Assembly: GCA_035494915.1 (NCBI GenBank)
Contig: DATJGP010000135.1
Span: 1-57,226, forward strand
Direction: 5' to 3'
DNA from: Candidatus Eiseniibacteriota bacterium
GTDB taxonomy: Bacteria > Eisenbacteria > RBG-16-71-46 > SZUA-252
DNA length: 57,226 nt
The notes beneath the pieces were generated by a model. It was not told the DNA's origin and did not search any database. It worked only from the letters and a program-made list of their open reading frames with translations. This document shows, piece by piece, positions 19,402 to 29,565 of this stretch; within the stretch, counting starts at the first letter, position 1, and each line of letters begins with the position of its first letter. The position numbers and the translations under genes were made by a program.

Positions 19402-21221
19402 TCGCTCCGAATCTCCGACAGGACCGCCGCGCGCTCGCCATCGTCGCTCACGTCGACCACGGCAAGACGACGCTCGTCGACGCGCTCCTCCGCCAGTGCG
19501 GCACGTTCCGCGTCGGCCAGCACGTGGAAGAGTGCGTCATGGACTCGGGCGAGCTGGAGCGCGAGCGCGGGATCACGATCCTCGCCAAGAACACCGCGGT
19601 CAGGTACCGGGACACGATCGTCAACATCGTGGACACCCCCGGGCACCGCGACTTCGGCTCCGAGGTCGAGCGCATCCTCACGATGGTGGAGGGCGTGCTG
19701 CTCCTCGTGGACGCCGCCGAGGGGCCGCTCCCCCAGACGCGCTTCGTGCTGAAGAAAGCGCTCGAAGGGGGCAAGTGCCCCATCGTGCTCATCAACAAGG
19801 TCGACCGCAGCGACGCGCGGCCCCTCGAGGTGGAGGAGGAGATCCACGATCTCTTCCTGTCGCTCGCGACGCGCGACGAGCACCTGGACTTCCCCATCCT
19901 GTACGGATCGGGCCGGCTCGGCTTCGCTTCACCCAAGGTGGACGCGACATCGGGCGACCTCCGCCCGCTCCTCGACGCCATCCTCGACCACGTCCCCGCT
20001 CCCGTGGTGGGCGATTCGCCGTTCAAGATGATCGTGGCCAATCTGGACTACTCCGACTATCTCGGCCGGCTCGCCGTGGGGCGCATCTATTCCGGGCAGC
20101 TCACGAAGAGCACCGAGCTCGCCGCGATGAAGCCGGACGGCGCCACCGTCCAGCGCGGCCGCGTGGGCAAGATCTACCTCTTCGAAGGCATCCAGCGCGT
20201 CGAAGTCACCGAAGCCTCGGCCGGCGACATCGTCGTGCTCTCGGGCTTCCCCGAGATCGAGATCGGGCAGACGATCCTCGACCCGACCGATCCCGCGCCG
20301 CTCGAGGGCATCCGGGTCGACGAGCCCACCCTCTCGATGGAGTTCCGGGTCAACGACTCGCCCATGGCCGGGCTCTCGGGCAAGTACCTGACCTCACGAC
20401 ACCTCCTCGACCGCCTCGAGAAGGAGCTGGAGCGGAACGTGGGGCTCCGCATGGAGCGCACGCCCGACGCCAACGCCTTCCTCGTGCTGGGACGGGGCGA
20501 GCTTTCGCTCGCCATCCTCGCCGAGACGATGCGCCGCGAGGCCTACGAGTTCTCGCTCGGCCGTCCCCAGGTGATCCTGAAGCGCGACGAGGGCGGCGCG
20601 CTGCAGGAGCCCTATGAAGAGCTCGTGATCGACTGCGGCGACGAGTTCACCGGCGCCGTCATCGCCGCCGTCGGCGAACGCCGCGGCGAGCTCCAGCACT
20701 TGGGCAAGCACGGGGACCGTGCGCGCATGGAGTTCACCATTCCCTCCCGCGGGCTGCTCGGCTTCCGAACCGAGTTCCTCACCCTCACCAAGGGCACCGG
20801 GCTCCTCAACCACCTCTTCGATCGCTACGGCCCGCACAAGGGCACGCTCCCCAACCGGAAGCGCGGCGCCATGATCGCGAAGGAAGCGGGGGACGTCACG
20901 GCCTACGCCCTCGATGACCTGGGCGATCGGGGCATCTTCTTCGTGAAGCCGATGGAGAAGGTCTACGCGGGACAGGTGGTGGGCGAGCAGGTGAAGGATG
21001 GCGACCTGGTCGTGCAGGCCTGCCGCCGGAAGCACCTCACCAACATGCGCGCCTCGACGGCGGACATCGCGGTCAAGCTCCAGCCGCCCCGGGACCTCAC
21101 CATCGAGTCCGCCATCGAGTGGATCAACGACGATGAGCTGGTCGAGGTCACGCCCACGGCGATCCGGGTGCGGAAGCGCGTGCTGGATCACTCGCGGCGG
21201 AGGGTGACCGAGAAGGTATGA
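19398..21221 (+). CDS. typA: Translational GTPase TypA/BipA
   Basis: Motifs [50 protein letters not shown] and [12 protein letters not shown] overlap with the upstream gene. Confidence 0.96.
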   Translation: MIAPNLRQDRRALAIVAHVDHGKTTLVDALLRQCGTFRVGQHVEECVMDSGELERERGITILAKNTAVRYRDTIVNIVDTPGHRDFGSEVERILTMVEGVLLLVDAAEGPLPQTRFVLKKALEGGKCPIVLINKVDRSDARPLEVEEEIHDLFLSLATRDEHLDFPILYGSGRLGFASPKVDATSGDLRPLLDAILDHVPAPVVGDSPFKMIVANLDYSDYLGRLAVGRIYSGQLTKSTELAAMKPDGATVQRGRVGKIYLFEGIQRVEVTEASAGDIVVLSGFPEIEIGQTILDPTDPAPLEGIRVDEPTLSMEFRVNDSPMAGLSGKYLTSRHLLDRLEKELERNVGLRMERTPDANAFLVLGRGELSLAILAETMRREAYEFSLGRPQVILKRDEGGALQEPYEELVIDCGDEFTGAVIAAVGERRGELQHLGKHGDRARMEFTIPSRGLLGFRTEFLTLTKGTGLLNHLFDRYGPHKGTLPNRKRGAMIAKEAGDVTAYALDDLGDRGIFFVKPMEKVYAGQVVGEQVKDGDLVVQACRRKHLTNMRASTADIAVKLQPPRDLTIESAIEWINDDELVEVTPTAIRVRKRVLDHSRRRVTEKV

Positions 21222-21724
21222 GGCGGCTCCTGGCTCACGCGGCGGTCGCGGTCGTGGGCGTGCTCGCGACAGGAGGCTTCGCGATGGCGGCGGATACGAA
21301 GCACACGCTCGAGGATCTGAGCTGGCTCGCCGGGGACTGGGAGACGGCGAACGCAGCCGAGCGCTGGACGGACGAGCACTGGACCACCCCCGCGGGCGGC
21401 GTGATGCTCGGAATGAGCCGGACGGTGAAAGCCGGAGCGCTCTCCGAGTTCGAATACCTCCGCATCGTCCAGAAGGGGGACGATCTCGTCTACATAGCGC
21501 AACCGGGCGGACGCGCCCCCGGCACCGAGTTCAAGATGACCTCGCTTTCCGATGGGGCGGCCGGGTATCACCGGGTGGTGTTCGAGAACCCGGAGCACGA
21601 CTTCCCCAAGCGGATCCTCTACGTGCGGCGGTCGGACGGCACCCTCGTCGCCACCGTCGACGCGGGCGAAGGCGAGAAGGCCGTCACCTACGAGTATCGC
21701 CCCCTGCGAGCCGCCAAACCCTGA
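21218..21724 (+). CDS. Secreted DUF6265-like protein
   Basis: Signal peptide; 'LSWLAGDW', '[18 protein letters not shown]', 'FEYLRI' and '[15 protein letters not shown]'. Confidence 0.85.
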   Translation: MRRLLAHAAVAVVGVLATGGFAMAADTKHTLEDLSWLAGDWETANAAERWTDEHWTTPAGGVMLGMSRTVKAGALSEFEYLRIVQKGDDLVYIAQPGGRAPGTEFKMTSLSDGAAGYHRVVFENPEHDFPKRILYVRRSDGTLVATVDAGEGEKAVTYEYRPLRAAKP

Positions 21725-21755
21725 ATCTCCGCCGCACCCCGGAGCATCTGAAGCG

Positions 21756-21783
21756 TTGATTCGGTAGCAGGTGGAAGTACGGT
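21756..21783 (+). promoter_or_regulatory. Candidate sigma70 promoter for the cold-shock gene
   Basis: TTGATT-N16-TACGGT. Confidence 0.45.
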
Positions 21784-21794
21784 AGAGCAGAGCC

Positions 21795-21827
21795 AAGCCC
21801 TCCGGCGAACCCGCTGGGGGCTTTTTT
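21795..21827 (+). terminator. Intrinsic terminator or attenuator hairpin upstream of the cold-shock gene
   Basis: aagccctccggcg-aacc-cgctgggggc followed by tttttt. Confidence 0.8.
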
Positions 21828-21945
21828 CGTGCCGTCGTGCGCCGTCTGAATCCGACACCTGGTCACAGAGACCGGGCGCTGGCCGTCGCGGCATGACGGC
21901 GCTCGGCCGGGCACGATCCCGGCAGTTGCAAAGGAGAGTTGTACC

Positions 21946-22146
21946 GTGACTCAAGGCACTGTGAAGTGGTTCAACGAGGCGAAGGGTTTTGGCTTCATCG
22001 CTCAGGACAAGGGTGAGGACGTGTTCGTCCACTACTCGGCGATCCAGGGTGATGGCTTCAAGAACCTCGCGGACGGCGATCGCGTGGAGTTCGAGGTGAC
22101 CAACGGCCCGAAGGGGCTGTCGGCGGCTCAGGTCCGCAAGATCTAA
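21946..22146 (+). CDS. Cold-shock protein (CspA family)
   Basis: [15 protein letters not shown] (RNP1) and DVFVHYSAI (RNP2); AAGGAG SD before the GTG. Confidence 0.97.
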   Translation: MTQGTVKWFNEAKGFGFIAQDKGEDVFVHYSAIQGDGFKNLADGDRVEFEVTNGPKGLSAAQVRKI

Positions 22147-22169
22147 GTACGTAGAACCCGGAATCACGA

Positions 22170-22222
22170 AGGGCGGCGCGGGCGGGGCCTTACGGGGCCT
22201 CTCCCCACCGCCCTGTTTCTTT
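22170..22222 (+). terminator. Probable terminator after the cold-shock gene
   Basis: Imperfect GC stem agggcgg...ccgccct followed by gtttcttt. Confidence 0.55.
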
Positions 22223-22373
22223 GCCGCACCACGTGTGGCAGAGGTTTGACCCTTCGTCTCATCTTCGCCACGAGCTCGACCCTCGTCGTGATTGGCGTGT
22301 CTCAACGTTCAGAAAGGTCGGGCCACCAGCGCCGGCCGTCACGCGCCACTCACCTCCACAACGGGGGAAGACA

Positions 22374-22970
22374 ATGAAACGAATCTTGATGATGGCCGCG
22401 CTTCTGGCGCTCCTGATCCCGGCCGTGCTTCCGGCGCAGTCCGAGGCCGCGGTGAGCGTCGGCGTCTCGCTCCATGTGGGCGATCCGTACCGGGGACTCT
22501 CCCTCCACTTCAGCTCGGCGCCGCGGCTGGCCCTGATCCCCGCGTCGCAGGTCTACTACGTGCCGAGCTACGATCGCGATCTCTACCGCTACGGCAACGC
22601 GTGGTACACCACGCAGGACGACTGCTGGTACCAGTCGAGCTCGTACAACGGTCCGTTCGTGCAGATCGACGTGAGCTCCGTGCCGCGTCCGATCTGGAAC
22701 ATCCCGAACCGCTACCGGAGGAGCTGGGGCGGGTCGCAGGCGCAGGCGTACAGCGACCCCGGGTCCCAGGCGCCGACCAGCCACGACCGCGGGTGGAATC
22801 GCGGCGGCCACCAGGGCTGGAATGGCAACCGGGGTCAGAACGGTTGGCAGCAGAACGACCGGAACGATGACCGGCGGAACGATCGGTGGACGAACGACGA
22901 TCCGCGCGGCCGCGAGCGGCAGGGCCACGACCGGAACCACGTCCAGGACGGTCGCTACGGAAGCCGCTAG
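22374..22970 (+). CDS. Secreted hypothetical protein with a Tyr/Trp-rich domain and a disordered G/N/D/R-rich tail
   Basis: Signal peptide MKRILMMAALLALLIPAVLPAQSEA; 'VYYVPSYDRDLYRYGNAWY...GPF...VPR..IP..YR'. Confidence 0.8.
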   Translation: MKRILMMAALLALLIPAVLPAQSEAAVSVGVSLHVGDPYRGLSLHFSSAPRLALIPASQVYYVPSYDRDLYRYGNAWYTTQDDCWYQSSSYNGPFVQIDVSSVPRPIWNIPNRYRRSWGGSQAQAYSDPGSQAPTSHDRGWNRGGHQGWNGNRGQNGWQQNDRNDDRRNDRWTNDDPRGRERQGHDRNHVQDGRYGSR

Positions 22971-22987
22971 CCACGGATCGCAACGAG

Positions 22988-23020
22988 GCGGGGCTCCCTT
23001 GGATGGGAGCCCCGCGTTTC
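22988..23020 (+). terminator. Hairpin terminator between convergent genes
   Basis: 11-bp stem gcggggctccc/gggagccccgc followed by gtttc. Confidence 0.7.
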
Positions 23021-23046
23021 GTCAGGTCCGGATTTAGCCTGGGATG

Positions 23047-24681
23047 CTACGAGCGACGCGCCCCGCCCAGCGCTTCGAGGAGCGGCGGGTCGAGGTCGTA
23101 AGGATCCCGCGTGTAGCGCACCTCGCCCGAGGCCCCCACGCTCACGGTCCAGTACACGATCACGACCGGAATCCGGTGCTCGAGCTCCACGTTCGTGGTT
23201 TTCCCATCCGCGATGACCTGCTCCATCTTGGCTCGATCCCAGCCGTCCTGCCCCGAGAGAAGGATCTCCGCGAGATCGAGCGGGCGCTCGATCCGGATGC
23301 AGCCCGAGCTGTACGTCCGCTTGTTCGACTCGAACAGGCTCTTGCTCGGCGTGTCGTGGAGGTAGATCGAGTACTTGTTCGGGAACAGGAACTTCACCCG
23401 GCCGAGCGCGTTGTCCTCGCCCGGGTCCTGCTTGAGCGTGTAGGGGAAATTGTCCGCCGAGGCGTTGTCCCAGTCGATGGAGCTGGGGCTCACCTCGTTG
23501 CCGTCCTTGTCGTAGACCTGGAGCCGCTTCTCGGCGAGCACGTTCTTGCCCTGCTTCATACCGTCGAGGACGTCCTCCGCGAGGATCGTCGGCGGCACCG
23601 TCCAGTCTGGATTGAACACGACCGTCTGCATGGTGGCGCGGAAGGTCGGTGTCTGGCGCGCTTCCTGTCCGATCACGATGCGCGACTCCCAGATGTTCCG
23701 GCCGCCGCGGATGAGATACGCCTTGAACGCCGGCAGGTTCACGAGCACGAAGTCATTGTCCAGTCCGCCGAGCACCCAGCGCGCGCGCTCGAGGTTCACG
23801 CGGACCTGGCCGATACGCGCGGCGACGGGCACGTTGAGCTCGGCCAGAACACTCTTCCCCACGACGCCGTCCTCGTCGAGCCGATGACGCGCCTGGAAGA
23901 GCTTCACCCCGCGGTCTACGTCCCCGTCGAACCGCATCGGATTGGCGGGGCGCCCGGCCTCCAGCTCGCCCGACTTCTGGAGTCGCTCACGGAGTGCGGT
24001 CACGCGCTCGCTTTGCACGCCCATCTTGAGCGTCGGCCCGGCGGGGATGGTTCCCCACCCACCTTCCGATTCGATCTTCCGGAGATCCGCGAGCGCCTTC
24101 ACGAGACCTTGATAGATGAAGTGCTTCGGCCGCTCCGCCTGGAGCGCCGTCCGCACACGGTCGGCGCCGACCACCTTGTCGAGCTCCGTCTCGAGCGGCG
24201 GCGCGCCCTCGCGCGGATCCATGTTCCAGGCCGGATTGACGCTCGCGGGGCGCACGCGACCGTACCGCATGTCATCGATGATCGCGGCCACCGCGTCCGT
24301 CATGAGTACGTCGAGGTCGGCCTGAATCGCGGGATCGTGCGCGGTCTTCTGCTCGTCGAGGAGCTTCCGGATGGAATCGGGGTGATAGTCCGACGGCGTG
24401 AGGCCGTCGGCCTGCACGTCCTGGATGGCGCTCAGGAGATCGTCCGAGCTCCGCCCGGAGGGCCACGCCGAGCGGTACTGGCGCGCCTGGTAGAACTTGG
24501 CGACCGCCTCGCGCTCGAGGAGGGGCTCGCCGCGCACGGTCGCGCCGGGCTTGCCGACGACGCTCGTGACCTGGGTCTGGAGCTTGCCCTGGACTTCGCG
24601 CGGAGCCGGCTGGGAGCCGCATCCCACGGGCGAGACGGCGATGAGAATGGACGCAGCGATCGGAGCGAGACAGCGGTTCAT
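23047..24681 (-). CDS. Murein L,D-transpeptidase (YcbB/LdtD type) lipoprotein with a peptidoglycan-binding domain
   Basis: Probable lipobox (PVGC); PG-binding 'VKLFQARHRLDEDGVVG'; 'VNLERARW', 'NPDWTVP', 'NALGRVKFLFPN' and 'IYLHDTP...SSGCIR' (HxxSxGC-type catalytic motif). Confidence 0.94.
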   Translation of the reverse strand: MNRCLAPIAASILIAVSPVGCGSQPAPREVQGKLQTQVTSVVGKPGATVRGEPLLEREAVAKFYQARQYRSAWPSGRSSDDLLSAIQDVQADGLTPSDYHPDSIRKLLDEQKTAHDPAIQADLDVLMTDAVAAIIDDMRYGRVRPASVNPAWNMDPREGAPPLETELDKVVGADRVRTALQAERPKHFIYQGLVKALADLRKIESEGGWGTIPAGPTLKMGVQSERVTALRERLQKSGELEAGRPANPMRFDGDVDRGVKLFQARHRLDEDGVVGKSVLAELNVPVAARIGQVRVNLERARWVLGGLDNDFVLVNLPAFKAYLIRGGRNIWESRIVIGQEARQTPTFRATMQTVVFNPDWTVPPTILAEDVLDGMKQGKNVLAEKRLQVYDKDGNEVSPSSIDWDNASADNFPYTLKQDPGEDNALGRVKFLFPNKYSIYLHDTPSKSLFESNKRTYSSGCIRIERPLDLAEILLSGQDGWDRAKMEQVIADGKTTNVELEHRIPVVIVYWTVSVGASGEVRYTRDPYDLDPPLLEALGGARRS

Positions 24682-24779
24682 GGTTGAACCCCCAGTGTAT
24701 GAAATAGGACCCGCGCAGCGGGGCCTCGTCGGGGGTCCAGGGGGAAGCAAGAACCGGACCGCATCACGTCCGAGCTACG

Positions 24780-25766
24780 TCACTTCAGGACAGCGACTTT
24801 GCCCATGTGCCGTGCGCCGTTCCACCGGAATTCGTAGAAATAAATACCCGAGCCGAGTGTCGATGCATTCGGCAGGCTTTGTAATGGAAGCTCCCGAATG
24901 CCGCCACTTCCACTGTTGGAGGAGGTGAAGGACACCGCGCGGCCGTGAACATCATAGAGGGTGAGACTCGTGCGCCCGGGTCCAGGCACGTAATAGCGGA
25001 AGCCCGGGGAGGGACCCCCCACGACGCGGAGCCACGAACCCGTCGACGGGGACGAGGTCTCCTCCACGCCAGTCGTCGGCAACGCGTAACGGACCTCCTC
25101 GAAGCCGCCCGACGAGCCATACTTCCGCGTCGAGATCGTTCCCGCCCTTCCAAAGTACATCCAGACATAGATGAAGTCTCCTGCGGCCAGGCCGTCGAAG
25201 CGGGAGGCGGGGATGTCGATCTCGAGATCGGTGGACCCGCTCCCAAGGAGGAGATTCCCATCCATCAGGACGACCTGGTTGCCGAGCGCATCCATGTCGT
25301 AGCGCAGCGCGCCCGCGGCTTGCACCGCGGCCATGGAGCTCAAGCCACCCCCGCTCGCGGCGGGCACCGAGTACACCTGAAGCGAATCGAGGGAGAGGTA
25401 GCTGTCGCCGCTGGTCGAGGTCTCGTTCACGTCCACGAAGAGCGAGTAGAAGCGGTAGGACCCCGCCGCGTCCGTCAGGATTCGCGGCGCAAGCGAGCCG
25501 AACGTGAGCGAATGTGTGACGACGAGGGTTCCGACTGCGTCGGGGGGCAAGGGGCGGAAGTCGGTGTTGAAGCCCTGCTCCGTCCCCAGCGCCATGATTC
25601 GAAGGAACGGAGCGAACGATGTGCTTCCCGCGAAGGTCGTGCCCTGGTACCAGCGCGCTCCATCCGCGCCGAAGTAGGTCGCTCCCGAGGTCGTGAGGTC
25701 GATGGTTTGGGACCGTGCGAGCGCGGGCGTGAGGCAGGCGAGCAGGATCAGCAGGATGCGTTTCAT
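24780..25766 (-). CDS. Secreted protein with a C-terminal FlgD-Ig / T9SS type A-like sorting domain
   Basis: Signal peptide; C-terminus 'TTGVE...SLTLYDVHGRAV...LGSGIYFYEF...KVAVLK'. Confidence 0.75.
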   Translation of the reverse strand: MKRILLILLACLTPALARSQTIDLTTSGATYFGADGARWYQGTTFAGSTSFAPFLRIMALGTEQGFNTDFRPLPPDAVGTLVVTHSLTFGSLAPRILTDAAGSYRFYSLFVDVNETSTSGDSYLSLDSLQVYSVPAASGGGLSSMAAVQAAGALRYDMDALGNQVVLMDGNLLLGSGSTDLEIDIPASRFDGLAAGDFIYVWMYFGRAGTISTRKYGSSGGFEEVRYALPTTGVEETSSPSTGSWLRVVGGPSPGFRYYVPGPGRTSLTLYDVHGRAVSFTSSNSGSGGIRELPLQSLPNASTLGSGIYFYEFRWNGARHMGKVAVLK

Positions 25767-25851
25767 GGTGTCCCCCCGGTCACCGCGTGGCGCCCGGCGC
25801 AGGGCGGCATGCAGCGCCGCCGCCGGACCCCATGATTGTACCGTACAGCGC

Positions 25852-28773
25852 TCAGTCCCGATCCGACGAAAGGGCGTAATCGATCCCCGCGCGGAACCCC
25901 ATCGCGCGGCCCTCCCGCTCGGCCGCCGCGGCCTCGGGTCCCACACGCTCTCGCGCGGGCCTTAGGAACCGATCGATGAGCGCATCCCAGAAGCGCACGT
26001 GGAAGTCGACCCCGATCCGCTCGCGCTCGGCCTTCAGAGCTCCAACGAGAACCATCGCTTTCCGGTCCCGCCCCTGTCCCGCGAGGGCCATGGCGATCCC
26101 CTCCATCTCGAAGCACATCTCGGAGGTGTCTCCGGCGTCGATGGCCGCGCGAAGGCTGTCGGCGTAGAGCACCTCCGCGCTCGTGGCGTCCCCCGCGATG
26201 AGCGCGCAGTCGGCCCGGAAGTGGAGCGCGAAGTGGATGTCGCGCGCGTTCCGCTGCTCGATCGCGGACGGGAGCACGTCGCGCACGATGGCGAGGGTGC
26301 GATCGAGTTCGTGAAGGCCCACCAGGACCTGCGCGACGGCCAGCTTGGCGCGGTTCACCATCGGCGCATCTCCGAGCCGTTCGAAGGTGGCCAGTCCCTC
26401 CTCGAACGCCGCGATCGCTCCGGCGTCGTCCTCGGCGATCCACCGGCTCCATCCGATTCCCTCGAGCGCGGCCGCGACCTCGCGCGCGTCCCCCAGCTCG
26501 CGCCAGATCGCGAGGCTCTCCTCCGCCGCCCCCGCGCCTCCTCCCGCCTCACCGCCCCAGGCTGCCAGCACACCCGCCCCCGCGAGAGCGCGCGCCGTCT
26601 CGCGCGTCCGCCCTCGCTCGCGCTCCAGCACGCGGCGGAGCGCCTGACGCCCTTCGCGGTAGTGGCCGTGCATTTGCCAGAACCAAGCGAGCGCCCCGGC
26701 CAGCCTGAGATCGAGCGATGGATCGTGCGACGCCGCCCAGGCGAGCGCCACGCGCAGATTGTCATGGTCGCGCTCCAGGCTCGCCACACATCGGACCGGC
26801 TCCCGGATCCGCTCCTCGTACGCTCGGTCCGCGAAGCCGGCCATGTGCTCGGCATGACGGCGCGCCACCGTCTCGAGCTCCCCGGCGCTCCGGAGGAGCT
26901 CTTCGGCGTGCTGTCGCAAGGGCTCGAGCAGCCGGTACCGCGTGCGATCCTCCTCATCGCGGCGCGAGACGACGAGCGACTTGTCCACGAGACGCGCGAG
27001 CGTGTCGAGAACGTCTTGCTCCGGCAGGCCGTCGAACCCACAGACCGACTCCGCCTGCTCCAGGTCGAAGCCCCCCGCGAACACCGCCAGTCGCCGGTAC
27101 AGAACGCGCTCCGGATCGGAGAGGAGGTCGTGGCTCCAGTCGAGCGCCGCGCGCAGCGTCTGGTGGCGCGCGGGACCGCCGCGGCGTCCGCCGCTCAGGA
27201 CGCGGAAGCAGTCGTCGAGCCGGCGCTCGATCTCGGCCGGCGCCATGGCGGGAATGCGCGCCACCGCAAGCTCGATGGCGAGCGGGATGCCTTCGAGGCG
27301 CCGGCAGATCTTGAGGACCGCCTCGACGTTCGCCTCGGTGATCGCGAAGCGCGGATCGCGCGCGACCGCGCGATCCTGGAAGAGCCGGACGGCGTCGGAT
27401 CTCAGGGCGGTCTCCACCGCGATCCGGCCCGATTCCTCCGGCAGCGACAACGGCGGCGCCGACCAGACCCGCTCCCCGGACACGTTCAGGCTCTCGCGGC
27501 TCGTCGCGAGCACGCGCAGCTTCGGGGCCCCCTCCATCAGCGATTCGAGCGCGCGCGCCGTCTCGTCCAGCACGTGCTCGCACCCGTCCACGACGAGGAG
27601 GAGCTCCTTCGCGCCGATCTCGGCGGCGAGCCGGTCGAGCACCGTGGACTCCTCCTGGTCCACGACGCCGAACGCCTCGGCGATGGCGGAGGCCACGAGC
27701 GACGGATCGAGCTCGGGATCGAAGCTCACCTGCCGAACGCCCGCGCCGAATCTCGGAAGCGCGCGGCGCGCGGTCTCCATCGCGAGGCGGGTCTTTCCCG
27801 AGCCGCCGGCTCCCGTGATCGTGACGAGCCGGCTCGCGCCGGTCAGCGCGAGGAGCTCCGCGATCTCGAGCTCCCGTCCGATGAAGGAGGTGGCTGGGGG
27901 CGGAAGATTGTGGGGATGCTCGCGCGGAGCGCCGTCCGCCAATCGTGCGAGATCGGCCTTGAGCTCCGCCATCGAGGCGTAGCGCTCCGCCGGGTCGCGC
28001 TCGAGACAGCGGCGGAGCACCCGCTCGAGGGCCACCGGCAGCACGCCGTTTTCGATGCGCGGCCATTCCGCGGCCGCGATGGCGAGGAGCGTCTCGAGCG
28101 CTGTGTTCCCCGTGAAGGGGAGCGTTCCGGTCGCGAGCTGGTAGAGCACGACGCCGAGGCTGAAGACGTCGGACCGCGCGTCGATGTCGCGTCCGCGCGC
28201 GTGCTCCGGGCTCATGTAGGCCACCGTGCCCAGGATCACGCCCGGCGAGGTCTCGAGCTGGGTCGCGTCGACGGGTGATGCGGAATCGGCGCCCGCCTTG
28301 GCGAGACCGAAATCCACCACCTTGATGTTCCCACCGGGCGTCACGATGAGGTTGCCGGGCTTGAGATCCCGGTGGATCACGCCGGCGCGGTGCGCCGCCT
28401 CCAACGCTTCGGCGATCTGCGTTCCGAACCGGACGACCTCGCTCTCGGGCACGGCGTCCCCCTTCATGCGCGTCGCGAGCGTGTCCCCCGGAATGAGCTC
28501 CATCACGAGGTAGTCCGTGCCCCGCTCGCTCCCGATGTCGTAGAGGGTGCAGATGTGGGGATGGTTGAGCCGGGAGATGGCGCGGGCCTCGCGCTCGAAG
28601 CGCGATTTGGCCTCCGCCGAGGCCGTGGCGTTTTCGGGAAGGACCTTGAGCGCGACCTCGCGTCCGAGGCGCGTGTCGCGGGCGCGGTAGACCTCGCCCA
28701 TGCCGCCCTGGCCCAGGCGGTCGATCAGCTCGTAGGGACCGAAGCGGCTTCCTGGAGCGCGGGAGACGAACAT
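25852..28773 (-). CDS. Ser/Thr kinase fused to a STAND (NB-ARC-like) ATPase, winged helix and TPR region
   Basis: Kinase motifs LGQGGMGEVY, HRDLKPGN, DFGLAK and YMSPE; STAND motifs 'HNLP...SFIGRE', GAGGSGKTRLA, LLVVDGCEH, LATSRE, LEGIPLAIELA and RHQTLRAALDWSHDLL. Confidence 0.93.
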   Translation of the reverse strand: MFVSRAPGSRFGPYELIDRLGQGGMGEVYRARDTRLGREVALKVLPENATASAEAKSRFEREARAISRLNHPHICTLYDIGSERGTDYLVMELIPGDTLATRMKGDAVPESEVVRFGTQIAEALEAAHRAGVIHRDLKPGNLIVTPGGNIKVVDFGLAKAGADSASPVDATQLETSPGVILGTVAYMSPEHARGRDIDARSDVFSLGVVLYQLATGTLPFTGNTALETLLAIAAAEWPRIENGVLPVALERVLRRCLERDPAERYASMAELKADLARLADGAPREHPHNLPPPATSFIGRELEIAELLALTGASRLVTITGAGGSGKTRLAMETARRALPRFGAGVRQVSFDPELDPSLVASAIAEAFGVVDQEESTVLDRLAAEIGAKELLLVVDGCEHVLDETARALESLMEGAPKLRVLATSRESLNVSGERVWSAPPLSLPEESGRIAVETALRSDAVRLFQDRAVARDPRFAITEANVEAVLKICRRLEGIPLAIELAVARIPAMAPAEIERRLDDCFRVLSGGRRGGPARHQTLRAALDWSHDLLSDPERVLYRRLAVFAGGFDLEQAESVCGFDGLPEQDVLDTLARLVDKSLVVSRRDEEDRTRYRLLEPLRQHAEELLRSAGELETVARRHAEHMAGFADRAYEERIREPVRCVASLERDHDNLRVALAWAASHDPSLDLRLAGALAWFWQMHGHYREGRQALRRVLERERGRTRETARALAGAGVLAAWGGEAGGGAGAAEESLAIWRELGDAREVAAALEGIGWSRWIAEDDAGAIAAFEEGLATFERLGDAPMVNRAKLAVAQVLVGLHELDRTLAIVRDVLPSAIEQRNARDIHFALHFRADCALIAGDATSAEVLYADSLRAAIDAGDTSEMCFEMEGIAMALAGQGRDRKAMVLVGALKAERERIGVDFHVRFWDALIDRFLRPARERVGPEAAAAEREGRAMGFRAGIDYALSSDRD

Positions 28774-28811
28774 GAGCGACCGATGATAGCCCATGCGTTA
28801 CTCTCCGTCAC

Positions 28812-29549
28812 ATGGACCCGGCCCTCGAGTCTCTGCCTCCGAACCCGCGCGTCTTCGTGCTGACCGGAGCGGGCATCAGCGCGGAGAGCGGCATCCCCAC
28901 GTTCCGCGGCGTGGACGGGCTCTGGCGCGGCTACGCGATCGACTCGGTGGCCACGCCGGAAGCGTTCGCGCAGGATCCGCTGCTCGTCTGGAGTTTCTAC
29001 TCGGAGCGGCGGGATGGAGCGCGCGACAAGGAGCCGAACGCAGCCCACCTGGCGCTCGCGCGGCTCGAGGAGCGCATCCAGGACCGGTTCTTCCTCTGCA
29101 CCCAGAACGTCGATCCGCTCCACGAGCGCGCGGGGTCGCGCCGCGTGGCGCACATGCACGGCCGCCTCTTCGAGACCCGGTGCTCCGATCCGGAGTGCGC
29201 GCGCCCCCCCTACCCGGACGGCGAGACCTACACGCGCCGCGAGGACCTGCCCCGCTGCACGGTCTGCGGCGCGCTCGCGCGGCCGCACATCTGCTGGTTC
29301 GGCGAGATGCCGTTCGAGCTCGAGACGATCTTCGCCGCGCTGGAACAGTGCGATCTGTGTCTGGTGGTGGGCACGTCGGGCGTCGTGCAGCCGGCCGCGG
29401 GATTCGCGTCGGCCGCCGCCGCGCGGGGGGCGGTCACGATCTACGTGGGGCCGGAGGATCCGGGGAACGCCGAGGTGTTCACGTCGATCGTGCGCGGGCC
29501 GGCCGCCCAGGCGCTCCCGCCGCTTCTCGACTCCATCGCCGAGCGCTGA
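28812..29549 (+). CDS. cobB: NAD-dependent protein deacylase (sirtuin)
   Basis: Motifs LTGAGISAESGIPTFRG, PNAAH, TQNVD, HMHG, Zn-binding Cys pairs, RPHICWFGE and GTSG. Confidence 0.94.
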   Translation: MDPALESLPPNPRVFVLTGAGISAESGIPTFRGVDGLWRGYAIDSVATPEAFAQDPLLVWSFYSERRDGARDKEPNAAHLALARLEERIQDRFFLCTQNVDPLHERAGSRRVAHMHGRLFETRCSDPECARPPYPDGETYTRREDLPRCTVCGALARPHICWFGEMPFELETIFAALEQCDLCLVVGTSGVVQPAAGFASAAAARGAVTIYVGPEDPGNAEVFTSIVRGPAAQALPPLLDSIAER

Positions 29550-29565
29550 GCCGGAGCGGCGTTGG

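Noticed and set aside
25852-29549. Avs- or Thoeris-like anti-phage system (STAND plus SIR2)
   Set aside because: The sirtuin is a canonical Zn-binding CobB-type deacylase on the opposite strand, the STAND resembles regulatory kinase/AfsR-like types, and there is no defence-island context.
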